This document shows positions 1-11,756 of a stretch of 44,305 nt of DNA, piece after piece. A program made the translations under genes and the position numbers. The notes beneath the pieces were generated by a model, which had not been told where the DNA came from, ran no database searches, and saw nothing but the letters and a program-made list of their open reading frames with translations. The DNA comes from Octopus bimaculoides (lineage: Eukaryota): assembly GCF_001194135.2 (NCBI RefSeq), contig NC_068987.1, positions 56,349,179 through 56,393,483 on the forward strand. The letters run 5' to 3'. The stretch's first letter is position 1, and each line of letters opens with the position of its first letter.

Positions 1-574
1 GGGATTGAAATTTTAAGTTGCGATATTTGCCAATATTTTTTTTCAGTATCGGAATCTCCATAGCCGAAAACTTGGGGGGGGGGGAGGATTTTACATCTCC
101 GACATGTGCGTCATTTAAAGATTCACAACACAACTGATATTCATACAAAGTTAAAGAAAAAAAAAACAAAATATATTCGAATTGTAGAAAACAGTTTATT
201 GTACATTATTAATAATTAGTTATAGTAATTATAAAGATATTGGCGATCATTCATTGCCATGATATTAATGTTAAAACCACTTTTTAATCTTTTAACTTGA
301 CATATTGGTAGTATTGATAATAAACTGATGAAAAAATATTTTAAAATGCACTAATACGAAACTAACACTTTGAAAATTCATTTAGTTTACTAAACTATGA
401 ATGATTTTTTTATTATTATTTATTCCTTAATTGTATGTATTGAAAGAAACTATTTAAGTGTTCATACAACTATCGCTTCATAGGTTGTAAATATTGTGTT
501 CTATTATAATGCGGCGTTTGAAACCTTACTTTATGTGAACTTTATTATTTTTATCACCATTCATTTCCTCGACA

Positions 575-1280
575 ATGCCTCGTCGTGTTGGTAGGCCACG
601 AAACCCAACTAGTATTAGCAACAATGTTATGAACGACAATGAAATCAAGCAAGAACGCTGGACATTCCCTGACATTGTGTCGCAGACTAACTCAATTGAT
701 GCAGCAGTTACTTGGCTGGCAAAACACAGACTCATAAGCAATTCTATTGTATGTCCCACTTGTGGTGAACCGTGTACAGTTGTCCGCTATCAGCAAAGTT
801 GTGACGGGAGGCAGTGGGGATGTGCAAAGGACAGATTTATTATGTCAATACGCAAGGGTTCGATATTCGCTGGAAGCCACATATCACTATCAAAACTTAT
901 ATGGTTAATGTACTTATGGTCAAGAGAACACCAACAAATTGAGATGTCGCACGAAACAGATGTTGGTGAACGAACTATATCAGACTGGTGTCATTTCATC
1001 CGAGAGCGACTCGAATGGTTCCTAGAAGATCATCCGACTGAATTAGGTGACGATCCACCTGAAATTGGTGGATTCGATTTAGATTCAGGTGAACCGATAA
1101 TTGTTGAAGTAGGCATGTTTACATTTTTCAAATCTAAACACAATGAAAAAAAGCACGAAAAAGAAGGACACATGGTGTTTGGAGGAATTGAACGCGGAAC
1201 TGGGAAATGTTTTCTGGTGCCTATCGAACATCAGAATAAAGACGCTTTCGAAGCTATTGTCACTCGCTGGATTTTACCTG
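575..1280 (+). CDS. Merlin/IS1595-family transposase-derived gene, coding exon 1 (Zn-ribbon-like CPTC motif, HTH-like region, N-terminal half of the DDE fold)
   Basis: ATG at 575 and an open frame. Motifs CPTCGEPC...WGC, MSIRKGSIF, TISDWCHFIRE, IGG...IIVEV and VFGGIERGTGKCFLVP...WILPG match the eukaryotic Merlin/ISXO2-like consensus. Donor CCTG|GTATGG at 1280/1281, phase 1. Confidence 0.9.
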
Positions 1281-1391
1281 GTATGGTTAATTTCTATACA
1301 CAGCTGAAGTAATAGTAGTCATATCATGTAAAAATTATTTTTATTCAGATGTTTTTTTCCATCTGCGTATAATGCATTCGTGTAAAAGTAA

Positions 1392-1780
1392 TTCTTGTCT
1401 TAGTCATTGGACTGCGGTCATACGGAAGGGTTTAGTCGATCAAATCGACTCTAGCTCTTATTTTCAAGTCCGGTACTTATTTTATCAGTCTCTTTAGCCG
1501 AACCTGTATGTTACTGGGACGTAAACAAACCAACACCGGTTGTAAAGCGGTGGGTGGCAAACACAAAGACCAGCGCACACCCTCAAGCATGCATATGTAT
1601 ACACACACACACGACGAGCTTTCCACAGTTTCAACTAAGTTTACTCACAAGTCATTGGTTAACCCGGAGCTTCGGTAGAAGATACTTGCCCACGGTGCCG
1701 CGTAGTGACACTGAACACTTATAAAAAGAAAATAAAAAATATTGGTTGTGAACTTCTTAACCACATGCCCATGACTGCGG
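1392..1780 (-). mobile_element. SINE family 1, diverged copy in the Merlin-gene intron
   Basis: Reverse complement of the family consensus, CpG-retaining. Confidence 0.7.
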
Positions 1781-1959
1781 CTAATAAGCCGGGGGGAAAG
1801 TCGTTTCTTCTCACACATTGCCACTTGTCCTATGTATATCCAGTATAGAACAAGTATTTGACAATTTCTTCTTTCCATTCACCATCACCGCCAAAAGTTA
1901 TAATTACATGATTACTTTTATCTCATAGTTATATTAAATGTTTAACGAGAACTTGTTAA

Positions 1960-2325
1960 CCCTGATCGACCGTATTCGAAAAACGAGTTCGCTCAATCTA
2001 CAAGAGGGGCGGTATTTTGGAATGGTCATCATTTCATTGGGAAGGAAAAAGGCAAGGTATTTGGTTGCTTTTCGTCCCCTTTCAATCGTGTTTATTTTTA
2101 TTCTTCAGTTCATACATCAGGATTCATGATTCTGGATGATTATTTTTTCCTAAGATTTTTTTTTTGTTTACCCTACATTATTTTCTCCCAAACCCGTGCC
2201 CTTTCCCTTCCACTTGAGCTAGTGATAGCTATTCCAAAGCTCTGCTGATCTTTGAGCTGTCGTTATACACTGATCTAAAAGACAGGAAGGTTACAATTAG
2301 AATGCCTTTGAATACTCGATCAGGG
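1960..2325. mobile_element. TTAA-type MITE in the Merlin-gene intron
   Basis: TTAA|ccctgatcgaccgtattcgaa at the left and ttgaatactcgatcaggg at the right form an imperfect TIR. The right TSD is degenerate (ctga). Confidence 0.5.
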
Positions 2326-2460
2326 CTGATCTCAGCCAAAACAATAACATTTTTTGATTACTTGTCTCACACGTTTTATTTGTTCTCTAAAGTGTTTTTA
2401 AATTTTGATATGGTTTCGGATTATGATTCAAGGTTTCTATTTTTTTTTCTATAAATTATT

Positions 2461-2842
2461 TCTTTTACTCAATTTAGTTCATTGGACTACTGTTATGCTG
2501 AAGCATTGCCTTGTAGGGTTTAGTTGAACAAATCGATCCCAGTACTTATTTTAAAACTTGGTACTTATTCTCTTTCTCTCTTTAGCTGACCCTCTAAGTT
2601 ACCGGAATATTTAAACAAACCGACACTGGTTGTCAAGCAGTGGTGGTAGACAAACACAAAGACACACCTAGGTATATATAAATGGGCTTTTTCAGTTTCC
2701 ACCTACTAAATTCACTCACAAGGCTTTGGTCAGCCCAGAGCTATGGAAAAAGACACTTGCCCAAGGTGCCACAAAGTGGGGCTGAATCCCAAGCTATTGT
2801 CATTGGGAAGCAAACTTCTTACCACACAGCCATATCTGCACC
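2461..2842 (-). mobile_element. SINE family 1, diverged copy in the Merlin-gene intron
   Basis: Reverse complement of the family consensus, largely CpG-decayed. Confidence 0.75.
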
Positions 2843-3949
2843 AATAAATTGTTAATTTATCTGTAGGATTTTTTTATTTTTTAATAAAATCAGTTTCTTT
2901 AAAAGTTTACTCCAGGTTAAAGGAGATAGCTGTTGGCATTTATTCATGACTTAATTAGGTGAACAGTGGGCTACTCTTTTGCTTCCAATAACATGTTATT
3001 TTTTTCTATGAGAAGGGGTTGCTAGCCCTTGTGCAATTCCTGAAATAGAGACAGTGCGAGTGATTCCCTGTGACCTTTCTTATCACAGTGTAACATTGCC
3101 AATTCAGAAAGAGAGAGGAAATCAACCTTGTACTTAACAGCTACTTTAATTATCAACCCAGAAGGATGAAAAGCAAAACCGATCTTTAGCAGGATTTGAA
3201 CTAACTTGGAGTGAAGAGATCCAGAACAAATTCCACAAGACATTCTTCTATCTGGCACTCCAATGACTCTGATAATCCTCAGCCTTATCTTAAGAGATTT
3301 AGGGCATTTCTAAAAGAATAGCATTGCAGATTATCTAGCGTAACAAAAAACTAATTTCTTTGGATGTGCATGTTATTGCATAGCATTATAATCCTGCACA
3401 CACATAACAAGAGAAAAAAATGGTAGTGGAGGCAGATGGGAGTTACCTCCTTTTTTTCTATAACTTCTCAGGTTTGACTTTTTTTGAGAATTTGTTCAGT
3501 TTAAACATCTGTGATTGGTTCTTTGAGAAATATGTATGACAAATCTGCCAAAAAATTTTGAAAAATGTTTAAACTGAAAAATTTTTAAAAAGAGCGAAGA
3601 TCATGTCACCTCCTTTTTATTCTTATTTATTTAGTTATTTTTTCAGAATTATAATGCTTAAACATACATATTTCTTATAGTCCCATAAAATTGTGTTAAA
3701 AAGACAAATTTCAGAGAATGTCTTTCCACCTCAAGTGTAAATGTGTAGAATGATTTAGCATTTTTAATGATTTTTTCCCAGAAAATTTGGCACTTATTTC
3801 TGACAGTTATGTGGACTAAGATAATGTAAGATACAATGTTTTGAAATACAGAAAATCAATGAAATTGCCATCATGACCTGTGTACAAATTATCAACTCGG
3901 CCTTCTCACCTCTACAAAAATTCCTTATAATGTTAACTCTTTGCCTGTC

Positions 3950-4680
3950 CTAAGCATTTTCATAAGTTTGTCCTAAACGTCCATGCTTGTTTTCAGACTT
4001 TTTGTTTGCCCTTATTTCATACATTCTGAGTCATATAAAGCTTTTCTTTCTTGGTGGTTGAGAAAATTTAAGAATGTTTATCATATTTGAAGCTTGAATG
4101 CAGGGAATGATGTCCTGTATGTCACTTGTGATACACTGGACAAACAAAAGATTAAGGACCATCATCCTCATTTTAACATTCACCTCTGAGATGTCGTCTG
4201 CAGAGAAGCTCAATATCATCAGCATAATCTTAGACTTATTGTTGTGGCAAGTGACATGGACTTTGTTACAGAGTCTGGGTTCCTTGGTTCCTTTGTTTTG
4301 TCAGTTGAAGTGTAAAGGGCTTATTTTAGACAGATGTTAAATGGGAATGGTACAAGCATATCACTTTCCAAGATTTCTGCATTGATTCTAAAGAAATAAC
4401 TGTCTCAATAAGCTTGATGGTATTTTAGCTCATCTCATATAAAGAATCATTACTGTTGCTACTACTACTTTGGAAAAATTTTGTTCTCTTTTGCCTCAGT
4501 TAAAGTTTTTGAGGAATTCACTAATAGTAAGACTACTTGGTGATTTTTAGCCCTGACTCTCAACAATTCTTCTGATTGTTAAGTCCAACAGCAAACCATT
4601 TTTTTTTGTACCCATTTTGGTTTATTCACAAGATCTCGTGTTTAAAATGAATAATCCCCCAGAAAAATAATATAACTCCA
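3950..4680 (-). pseudogene. Decayed RTE-type (RTE-X-like) LINE reverse transcriptase fragment
   Basis: Minus-strand fragments NQNGYKKN, RVRAKNHQVVLLLVNSSKT, AEILESDMLVPFPFNICL and DYADDIELL match RTE-type RT motifs (GVRAKNL...VDFSKAFD, GVLQGDTLAP.LF, YADD). Many stops and frameshifts. Confidence 0.7.
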
Positions 4681-5380
4681 ATCCTGTTCTGTTTGGAAGT
4701 AAGAATACCATGTAACAGAACACCTCTTTAGCTCTAAGATAAACACTGAAAACAAAATATGAATATTTTGGACATTGGTATTTTCTTTTTCTGTGTGACA
4801 GAGAATAAGCAAAAGAGTATAATGAAGTATAAAGAATTAAAGTATTCTCTGGTAGGTTGCCAATATGGGGATATGGAGGAAAATGAATTCATGGCAACAT
4901 AGTTGACTCCTCTAAAGATACCCAAAAGCTGGGTGGTGGTGTTAAACTGGGCGACAGATTAAGTCTTCATGCCCAACAACAGGAGCAGTCCTTTCAACAA
5001 CTTTCCACAGTCTCGTCTCCATCTTGCTAAATTTCCCTCGCAATTCTGTGGCTGATTGGAGATATGATAGAAGGTACACTTGCCTAAGGTACATTACTGT
5101 GAGCTCAAACCTGAAACCATGTAATTACTAAACCTACTTTTTAATCACCCAACTAACCCTGTACAAATAATTATGCTTTGCTGGTAAAGAAGGCCACTGT
5201 TTCTAAGACTGCTAATATTATTTTCATTGTGGGAACTGCATCTATAATTCAGTTTTAATTCCTAGTAGTGCTTGTGTTTATGGTGTTCCTAGAAAGTGCA
5301 TGAACAGCACAACATAACACAGCACTTCTGTATATCTGAGGTTTAATGACTGTGTTTAAAAATTCTTATTTTCATTGCAG

Positions 5381-5676
5381 GTACTCATATTGTGTCTGAT
5401 GTATGGGCTGAATATCTTCAAATCGACCAGATCCAGCAAGGGATATATACTCATGAATATATAGATTATGAAGATCCAAATGATTCTGAAATCCACACCA
5501 GAAACATTGACAAGATGTGGTTAAAAGTCAAGAGAAAATTGCGGCAGAAACATGGAACTCGTGACAAAGTTACAGTTCAGTCTTTATTAACAGAATTCAT
5601 GTGGAGGTCTCATTTTAAGAATAATGATAAATTTGCTGCCCTAATTTATTCTCTCAGACACTTATATAAACTTTAA
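5381..5676 (+). CDS. Merlin/IS1595-family transposase-derived gene, coding exon 2 (C-terminal half of the DDE fold)
   Basis: Acceptor ttcttattttcattgcag| at 5380. The phase-1 join gives WILPG-THIVSDVWAEY...HTRNIDKMWLKVKRKLR...EFMWR, the expected continuation (consensus ILPGTxIxSDxWxAY...HTQxIExxW...EFMWR). Stop TAA at 5674-5676. Spliced CDS is 1002 nt, 333 aa. Confidence 0.9.
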
Positions 5677-5680
5677 TAAA
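5675..5680 (+). promoter_or_regulatory. Candidate polyadenylation signal (AATAAA) overlapping the stop codon of the Merlin-derived gene
   Basis: The sequence ctt-TAATAAA-tc is followed by a T-rich tract. Use as a poly(A) signal is not demonstrated. Confidence 0.35.
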
Positions 5681-6977
5681 TCTTATCTTTTTCTTTTAAT
5701 CTGTAATCATTATCATTTTTTTTATTGCTTCACTTGCCTTTAATCATCTGTTGCCTTTCACTCATGCAAACTTACCTGCTCCTTTGTCCATCTCCCTCAC
5801 CTGTTCCACTTTTCTCCACTCCCTTCACATTCATCCTGTTGTACCTTGAAAGTAATCCCTGACACCTTATCACCACCATCTTTTCTCCTTTTCCAGCTGG
5901 GGTAGCCATGTGTGTCCTCCATAGCAAGACAACTGTTCCTATCCTCCTGTCATACTCATGCCTCTCAACATCTGGCATAAAGCCTCCTCCCTCAATATTA
6001 CATCCACTCTCAATCAAAGGAACTTTTTTTGTGTGCTACTTGGCGACCTCACTGGTGCTGATGTCATGAAAAAGTACCAAGTACTCTTTGTATAGTGGTT
6101 GGAATTAAAAGGGGCATCCAGTTCAGCTATAGAAACCATGCCAAAACAGACACTGGATCTCAACACTGTCCTCTGACCTGTCAGATCCTGTCAAATTCTC
6201 CAATCCATACCAACGTAGGATATGGTTGTTAAATAACGATAATGAGCTTGGCAAAACAGTTTTAGGATAATTCCTGCATTTCGGTTGGGATGTGTAAATT
6301 TATTATGATTTTAAGAATACTAATTTCTAACATTGGGACATGTCCACATATCTGAGAAGGAGAGTGTCATTGATTAAATTTAGTCCTGTATTTAACTGGT
6401 ACTTTATTTTATAGAACCCTTCCCTGCCTCTCGAATATTGACGCAAATTTTGGAACTCAGAATGTAAAGGTCCATAACTGGATACTGCAAGACATTTAAT
6501 CTAACACTAGTGTTCTTACATTGCATGATTTAAGAATTATTGAACATTTTAGATTAAAATCTTTATCAAATAAGTCTGAGAAACAATGATTCCAGAAACA
6601 CAAGTTACCCTTTTGGAAAAATAAAATTTCAGTTATTTTCCTTTGACCAGTTATCTGTTACAATTCCCCTTTGTATCTGCTGTGTAGAGAGAGTCCGTCA
6701 TTTCAATCAAGGAGTTTTAATTTATCTTAACATTGTGAATATCATTCTGGTTACCCTAATTCTCAATATACATCATATGTCCATTCAAGCCAGTCTTTTT
6801 TTTTAACTCACTACACCCATCTTTTTTTCCCCCATTTTTCACTCAGCTCATTTGTGCTCCATTGTTCATACATACAGTGACATTATGTATCCAGCTGAGT
6901 GTGTGTACCTCGTTTCTTTCCCACTGTTACTCATCAGTCACATTCTGTCACACCCACATTCTGCAAAAATCATCTGA

Positions 6978-7560
6978 CTTGGAGATTTTAATGTGATAGG
7001 AGGATGAGGTAACAAAGTTTAGAAGAGTATCATTAGAACGAATGGCATTGGAAAATGCATTGTAAATGGAAGCCTAATTCTCATCAAATACATTGAATGC
7101 ATTCTAATCATCACCAGTACCTTCTTCCAGTAGAATAATAAATTCAAAGCCTGTTGGCAATATCAACTGACACTTTCTGGACTATGTCTGTATAAGACCT
7201 CATGACCAAAAGGTATTGCTGCCAACTAAAATTACTGGTGCAGATAACTGTTGGAATGACCATCATTTGACCTACTCAAGAATTAGACAACATGTGAGTC
7301 AGAAGATGTTTTGGAATTAATAACATGTTCAGCCAGTATCCTTGGGTTTTGAAATTCAGAAAAGCAGCTAACGTTTAAAAAATGTCTTGCAAAAGAACTA
7401 CTCAATCAGTTTTCAAACTCAGTTACCACTTTGAAGGCATCACAGAACGTCATTACTGAAACTTATCAAAAAACACTTGCCTACCAATCAAGAGTAGTTT
7501 GATGAAAATATCTAAGAACTGTTAAAACTCATTGACCTCTAAGAGAATTTGACCTCAGGC
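6978..7560 (+). pseudogene. Decayed RTE-clade LINE fragment (APE endonuclease C-terminus)
   Basis: Fragments LGDFNV, IITSTFFQ, NKFKACWQ and HFLDYVCIRPHDQKVLLPTKITGADNCWNDHHL match the RTE GDFN...TNT.F...HPRSK..LDY...DC.TDHRL region. Confidence 0.65.
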
Positions 7561-7885
7561 TCATCAATTTATTAAAATTAATAGCCTTGTATCTAAATCA
7601 GAAATCATTGTTACTTTTATTTTGGGAAAAACAAAAGGACCTAGTGTTCGAATCCAGTGTGGGAAGATGTATACACCTAGGAATAAGTCACTTGATGATC
7701 ATCAGAGATGAATCATTTCAGAAAGAAGTGTATAGTTGTCCCATGGTTTACATGCATCAACCATGTAAAAGCAGTGAGATATGTTTCTACTAGTCATACA
7801 AAAAACAATTTTTAAACAATTATTTATCGAAATGAGCATAATAAATACAATTATTGGGCATAATGTATAAAATGTATAGATATAT

Positions 7886-8290
7886 AGGCATATGTGTGGC
7901 TGCATGGTAAGAAGCTTTCTTACCAACCACATGGTTCTGAGTTCAGTCCCACTGTGTGGCACCTTGGGCAAGTATCTTCTACTACAGCTTTGGTCCAACC
8001 AAAACCTTGTGAGTGAATTTGGTAGATGGAAACTGAAAGAAGCCCATCATGTGTGTGTATATATATATATATATATTTGAGTGTGTCTGTGTTTGTCCTC
8101 CTACCATCGCTTGACAACTATGTTGGTGTTATGTCCCTGTAAATTAGCGGTTCGGCAAAAGATACTGATAGAATAAGTACTAGGCTTACAAAGAATAAGT
8201 TCTGGGGTCAATTTCTTCGACTAAAAAACCCTTCAAGGCAGTGCTCCAGCATGGCCACAGTCAAATAACTGAAACAAATAAAAGAATATA
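7886..8290 (+). mobile_element. SINE family 1 copy
   Basis: Same architecture, more diverged. Confidence 0.8.
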
Positions 8291-9110
8291 AAAATGATTC
8301 ACCAAAAAGCGATAAATTATGGAACACTTAATACATTATAAATGAAAGGCTCATAATTCCTGTATTTCAAGTTACATGTTTCTGATCATTCAGCTGATAA
8401 TTTGAGCTTGTTTACTCCTTGAAATACCTGTTTGAATATATTTTGAAATATATGGAAGTTGTGAATAAAACATGTACAACATGTGAGTGTATGTGTGCGT
8501 GCGCATGCATATATGTTACATATGTATATATACAAATATATTATTGTAATATGGGTTTCAAATTTTGGCACAAGGCCAGTATTTTCGAAAGAGGAAGTAA
8601 GTCGATTACAATAACTCTCCAGTGATAACTGATACCTATTTTATTGATCTCTGAAAGGAAGAAAGATAAACTCGACCGTAGTAGAATTTGAACTCAGGAC
8701 ACAAAGACAAATGGAATGCCACTTAGCGTTTTGCCTAGCATGTTAACAATTCTGCCAGCTTGCTGCCTTATGCATTTGTAATATTGGGTATTATCTTCTA
8801 TAAGAATAACATAAAGCCTTTTTCCCTAAAATTAGTATGTATGATGTGTATTTTAAAATCATTGAAGATCCAGTAATTATATTAGTTCTGATATTTCTCT
8901 TCATTTTTTTTTATAAATCGTTTTAACAGTTTTGTGTTTTATAAAATTGTTTTATAGTTTCTCTCAAAAATATTTAACAAAATATTAAACAAAAAATTCT
9001 AATTTTAGAGTTCATTTAGAATGTGGTCTATCAAATTATCTTCCAATGGAAGAAGCAAAGTGAAAGGAAAACTGAAAAATAACATGGAAATAATGAAGCG
9101 GTTATTCTGT

Positions 9111-9496
9111 GTGTCTTTTATCTTGTACTTGTTTCAGTCATTAGACTGTGGCCATGCTGGAGCACTACCTTGAAGGACTTTTAGTTGAATGAATTGACCC
9201 CAGTACTTATTTTTTAAAACCTGGTTCTTACTCTATCAGTCTTATTTTTTGCTGAACTGCTAAGTTACAGGGATGTAAACACATCAACACTGGTTATCAA
9301 GGAGTGGCAGGGGACAAACACAGACACAAAGGTACACATATACATGATGGGCTTTTTTTCTGTTTCCATCTACCAAAACCACTCAAGGCTTTGGTCAGCC
9401 TGAGGCTATAGTAGAAAAAAACTTACCCAGTGTGCCATGAACTTGGAACCATGTGGTTGGGAAGCAAGCTTCTTACTACATAGCCATGCCTGTACC
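9111..9496 (-). mobile_element. SINE family 1, older copy
   Basis: Diverged reverse complement of the family, in tandem with 9581-9980. Confidence 0.75.
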
Positions 9497-9580
9497 TATG
9501 TAAAGTATTACAAAAAGAAGGGGAAAATGCTAAATGAAACCATGCAAAGTGAATACTGTATAAATTGAGGGACCACTATT

Positions 9581-9795
9581 TACTCCTTTACTTGTTTCAG
9601 TCATTTGCGGCCATGCTGGAGCACCGCCTTTTAGTCGAGTAAATCGACCCCAGGATTTATTCTTTAGAAGCCTAGTACTTATTCTATCGGTCTCTTTTGC
9701 CGAACCGCTAAGTTACGGGGACGTAAACACACCAGCATCGGTTGTCAAGCGATATTGGGGGGACAAACACAGACACACAGGCATATAAACATATG

Positions 9796-9832
<37 letters not shown>

Positions 9833-9980
9833 GGCGGGCTTCTTTCAGTTTCCGTCTACCAAATCCACTCACAAGGCTTTGGTCGGCCTGAGGCTATAGT
9901 AGAAGACGCCCAAGGTGCCACGCAGTGGGAATGAACCCGGAACAATGTGGTTGGTAAGCAAGCTACTTACCACACAGCCA
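9581..9980 (-). mobile_element. SINE family 1, young copy
   Basis: Reverse complement of 19466-19870 with CpGs retained. The extreme 5' bases are missing. Confidence 0.85.
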
Positions 9981-10790
9981 AGTATTAAAAAAAAAAAATC
10001 TCATTCATCTCTATAGATAAGGCTAATAATAAATCTGGAAACCTTATTTTATTATTATTATGGCCAATTTCCAACCGGGGCTGCAGCAACATAGTCCACC
10101 CACCACACTTTTCAGTCCAAACGTCACTGCCTCAAGGTCCTGGATACATTCCAGGCCAGTGTCTGCAATCAAGTTGCCAATGTGGGATATTTTCCTCTCC
10201 TTACATCACCACAAAGTGGGTTCCACAAATTTGGATGCTTCCTGTTCAGGGTTGTGCATACAGCTGTCTTTACCTGATTTTACTTATGCTTTTATTACTG
10301 ATGTTAATATATTAAGTACATGGAAGTGAATTATGTGATTTGCTATTCTTATTTTCTAAGAAAAATAATCAAGTTTTGAATAACTAATAAACATTAGTGT
10401 AGCCATTGTAATGTTGGCCTTTCTAAGGTCCTCTGAACAAAGAGAACTAAATAAATAAACAAACCATCGATGTATCAGGCTCTTTCTTTCTTAGCAATAG
10501 ACATGGACTCCTGGTCAGATTATTGAATGTTATACATTTACATTGTTGTAGCCTTTGAATAGCATCACTCTGCTGGTTAGGCTGGCAAGCCATTATTCAC
10601 CCTGAACAGAATGCAATTGCCAGTCCATTGAAGAGTTACCCATTTACACCTGTGTAGACTGGAGCAATGTGAAATAAAGTGTTTTGTTCAAGAACACATT
10701 GCACCACTCATCTTGAAATCAAAACAATGATCTTGTAATCATGAGAGTAACATCATAACAACTAGGCCATGTACGTTCATTCCATATATA

Positions 10791-10988
10791 CGAGGGGGTG
10801 CTGAAAAGTTTCTGGCTTTGGGTAAAAAAAAAATGCAGGAGGATCAGGTATTCCCCTCTCAGATTCACACATTTATTGCAGTAGTCCTTCAGTTTTTCTA
10901 AGCTCTGTAAAAGAACTTGGAAGGTTCAGCTTCCAACCAGGACTTTTGCAATACCCTTAAAGCCAGAAACTTTTCAGCCCTACCCTCA
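10791..10988 (-). mobile_element. Mariner-derived MITE (TA target)
   Basis: TA-flanked TIRs cgagggggtgctgaaaagtttctggctt and aagccagaaacttttcagccctaccctca. The interior is the reverse complement of the copy at 23005. Confidence 0.8.
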
Positions 10989-11117
10989 TATGTATGTGTG
11001 TGTGTGTGTATATATATATTTCTTTACTGCCCACAAGGGGCTAAACAGAGGGGACAGACAAAGGGATTAAGTCGATTACATCGACCCCAGTGCGTAACTG
11101 GTACTTTATTTATCGAC

Positions 11118-11127
11118 NNNNNNNNNN
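11118..11127. other. Assembly gap (10 N)
   Basis: N run inside a partial SINE copy. Confidence 0.95.
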
Positions 11128-11530
11128 CGCTAACGTTTCTGCCAGTTCGCTGTGTGTCCCACTGTATGATAGCATTTGGTTGGTGATACCTGTTAGAGGA
11201 GTTTTTGAAAGCATACAATTTTTTTTTTTTTTACCTAATTTATGTTGAGCATACAAGAAGTGAAATGGAGAGGTACTTCAACTAGATTCCTCATTGACAT
11301 AAGTATATATTCTTTAGTTGAGAACAACTTTTGTATTCAATTTAAATATCTTTTAGTCTAGAAAAAAAAGGGTAAGACATCCATAGCTTCCTTTTTGTTG
11401 CTTTTGCACAGCCTCCAAGAAAGGAAGTAAAAAGTATGACTTAAGAATTATTCTCAATTGAGGGACCTCATTCATAATTTCTTTTTCCCAAAGTCTCCAA
11501 GAATGGTAGGCTGAAAGGGAGGTGAAACAT

Positions 11531-11756
11531 GTTTAGCATTTTAGTATTTAAATTGGCCATATCCAGCTCAAATATTCTACCTGTTTTATGCTCAAACTGG
11601 ACAGGTTTGGCTTCTCATAACAACCCTACAATATCATTCTAAAAATTAACAGTTACCTCATCAAAATCTTCAAGCTACAAAATAATGCATGACTAATTCA
11701 AAACGATATGAATAAATAACCGTTACATTTGACGAAATAATGTGAATGCTATAGGG
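11531..11756. mobile_element. piggyBac-like MITE family B copy (opposite orientation)
   Basis: Reverse complement of the 41745-41962 interior (aaattggccata...ctacctg...aatgctataggg). Confidence 0.6.

Larger units (their letters stand above)
1281..5380 (+). other. 4.1-kb spliceosomal intron of the Merlin-derived gene
   Basis: GTATGG...TTGCAG ends and phase-compatible exons. Contains at least two SINE copies, a TTAA-type MITE and a decayed LINE RT fragment. Confidence 0.85.

Noticed and set aside
1-140. Left TIR of an intact Merlin element
   Set aside because: I found no matching inverted copy downstream of exon 2 by eye. The sequence upstream of the window is not available, so this remains untested.
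578-601. AT-hook at the N-terminus (PRRVGRPR)
   Set aside because: The core is VGRP rather than RGRP. It may be an NLS or a degenerate hook, but the sequence alone does not support a call.
575-1312. Bacterial IS1595 element or bacterial contamination
   Set aside because: The coding sequence is split by a GT-AG intron and embedded in host SINEs, and the motifs fit the eukaryotic Merlin branch.
575-1312. The 245-aa ORF as a complete single-exon gene
   Set aside because: It stops mid-DDE domain. The missing half is found in frame at 5381-5676 after a canonical donor at 1281.
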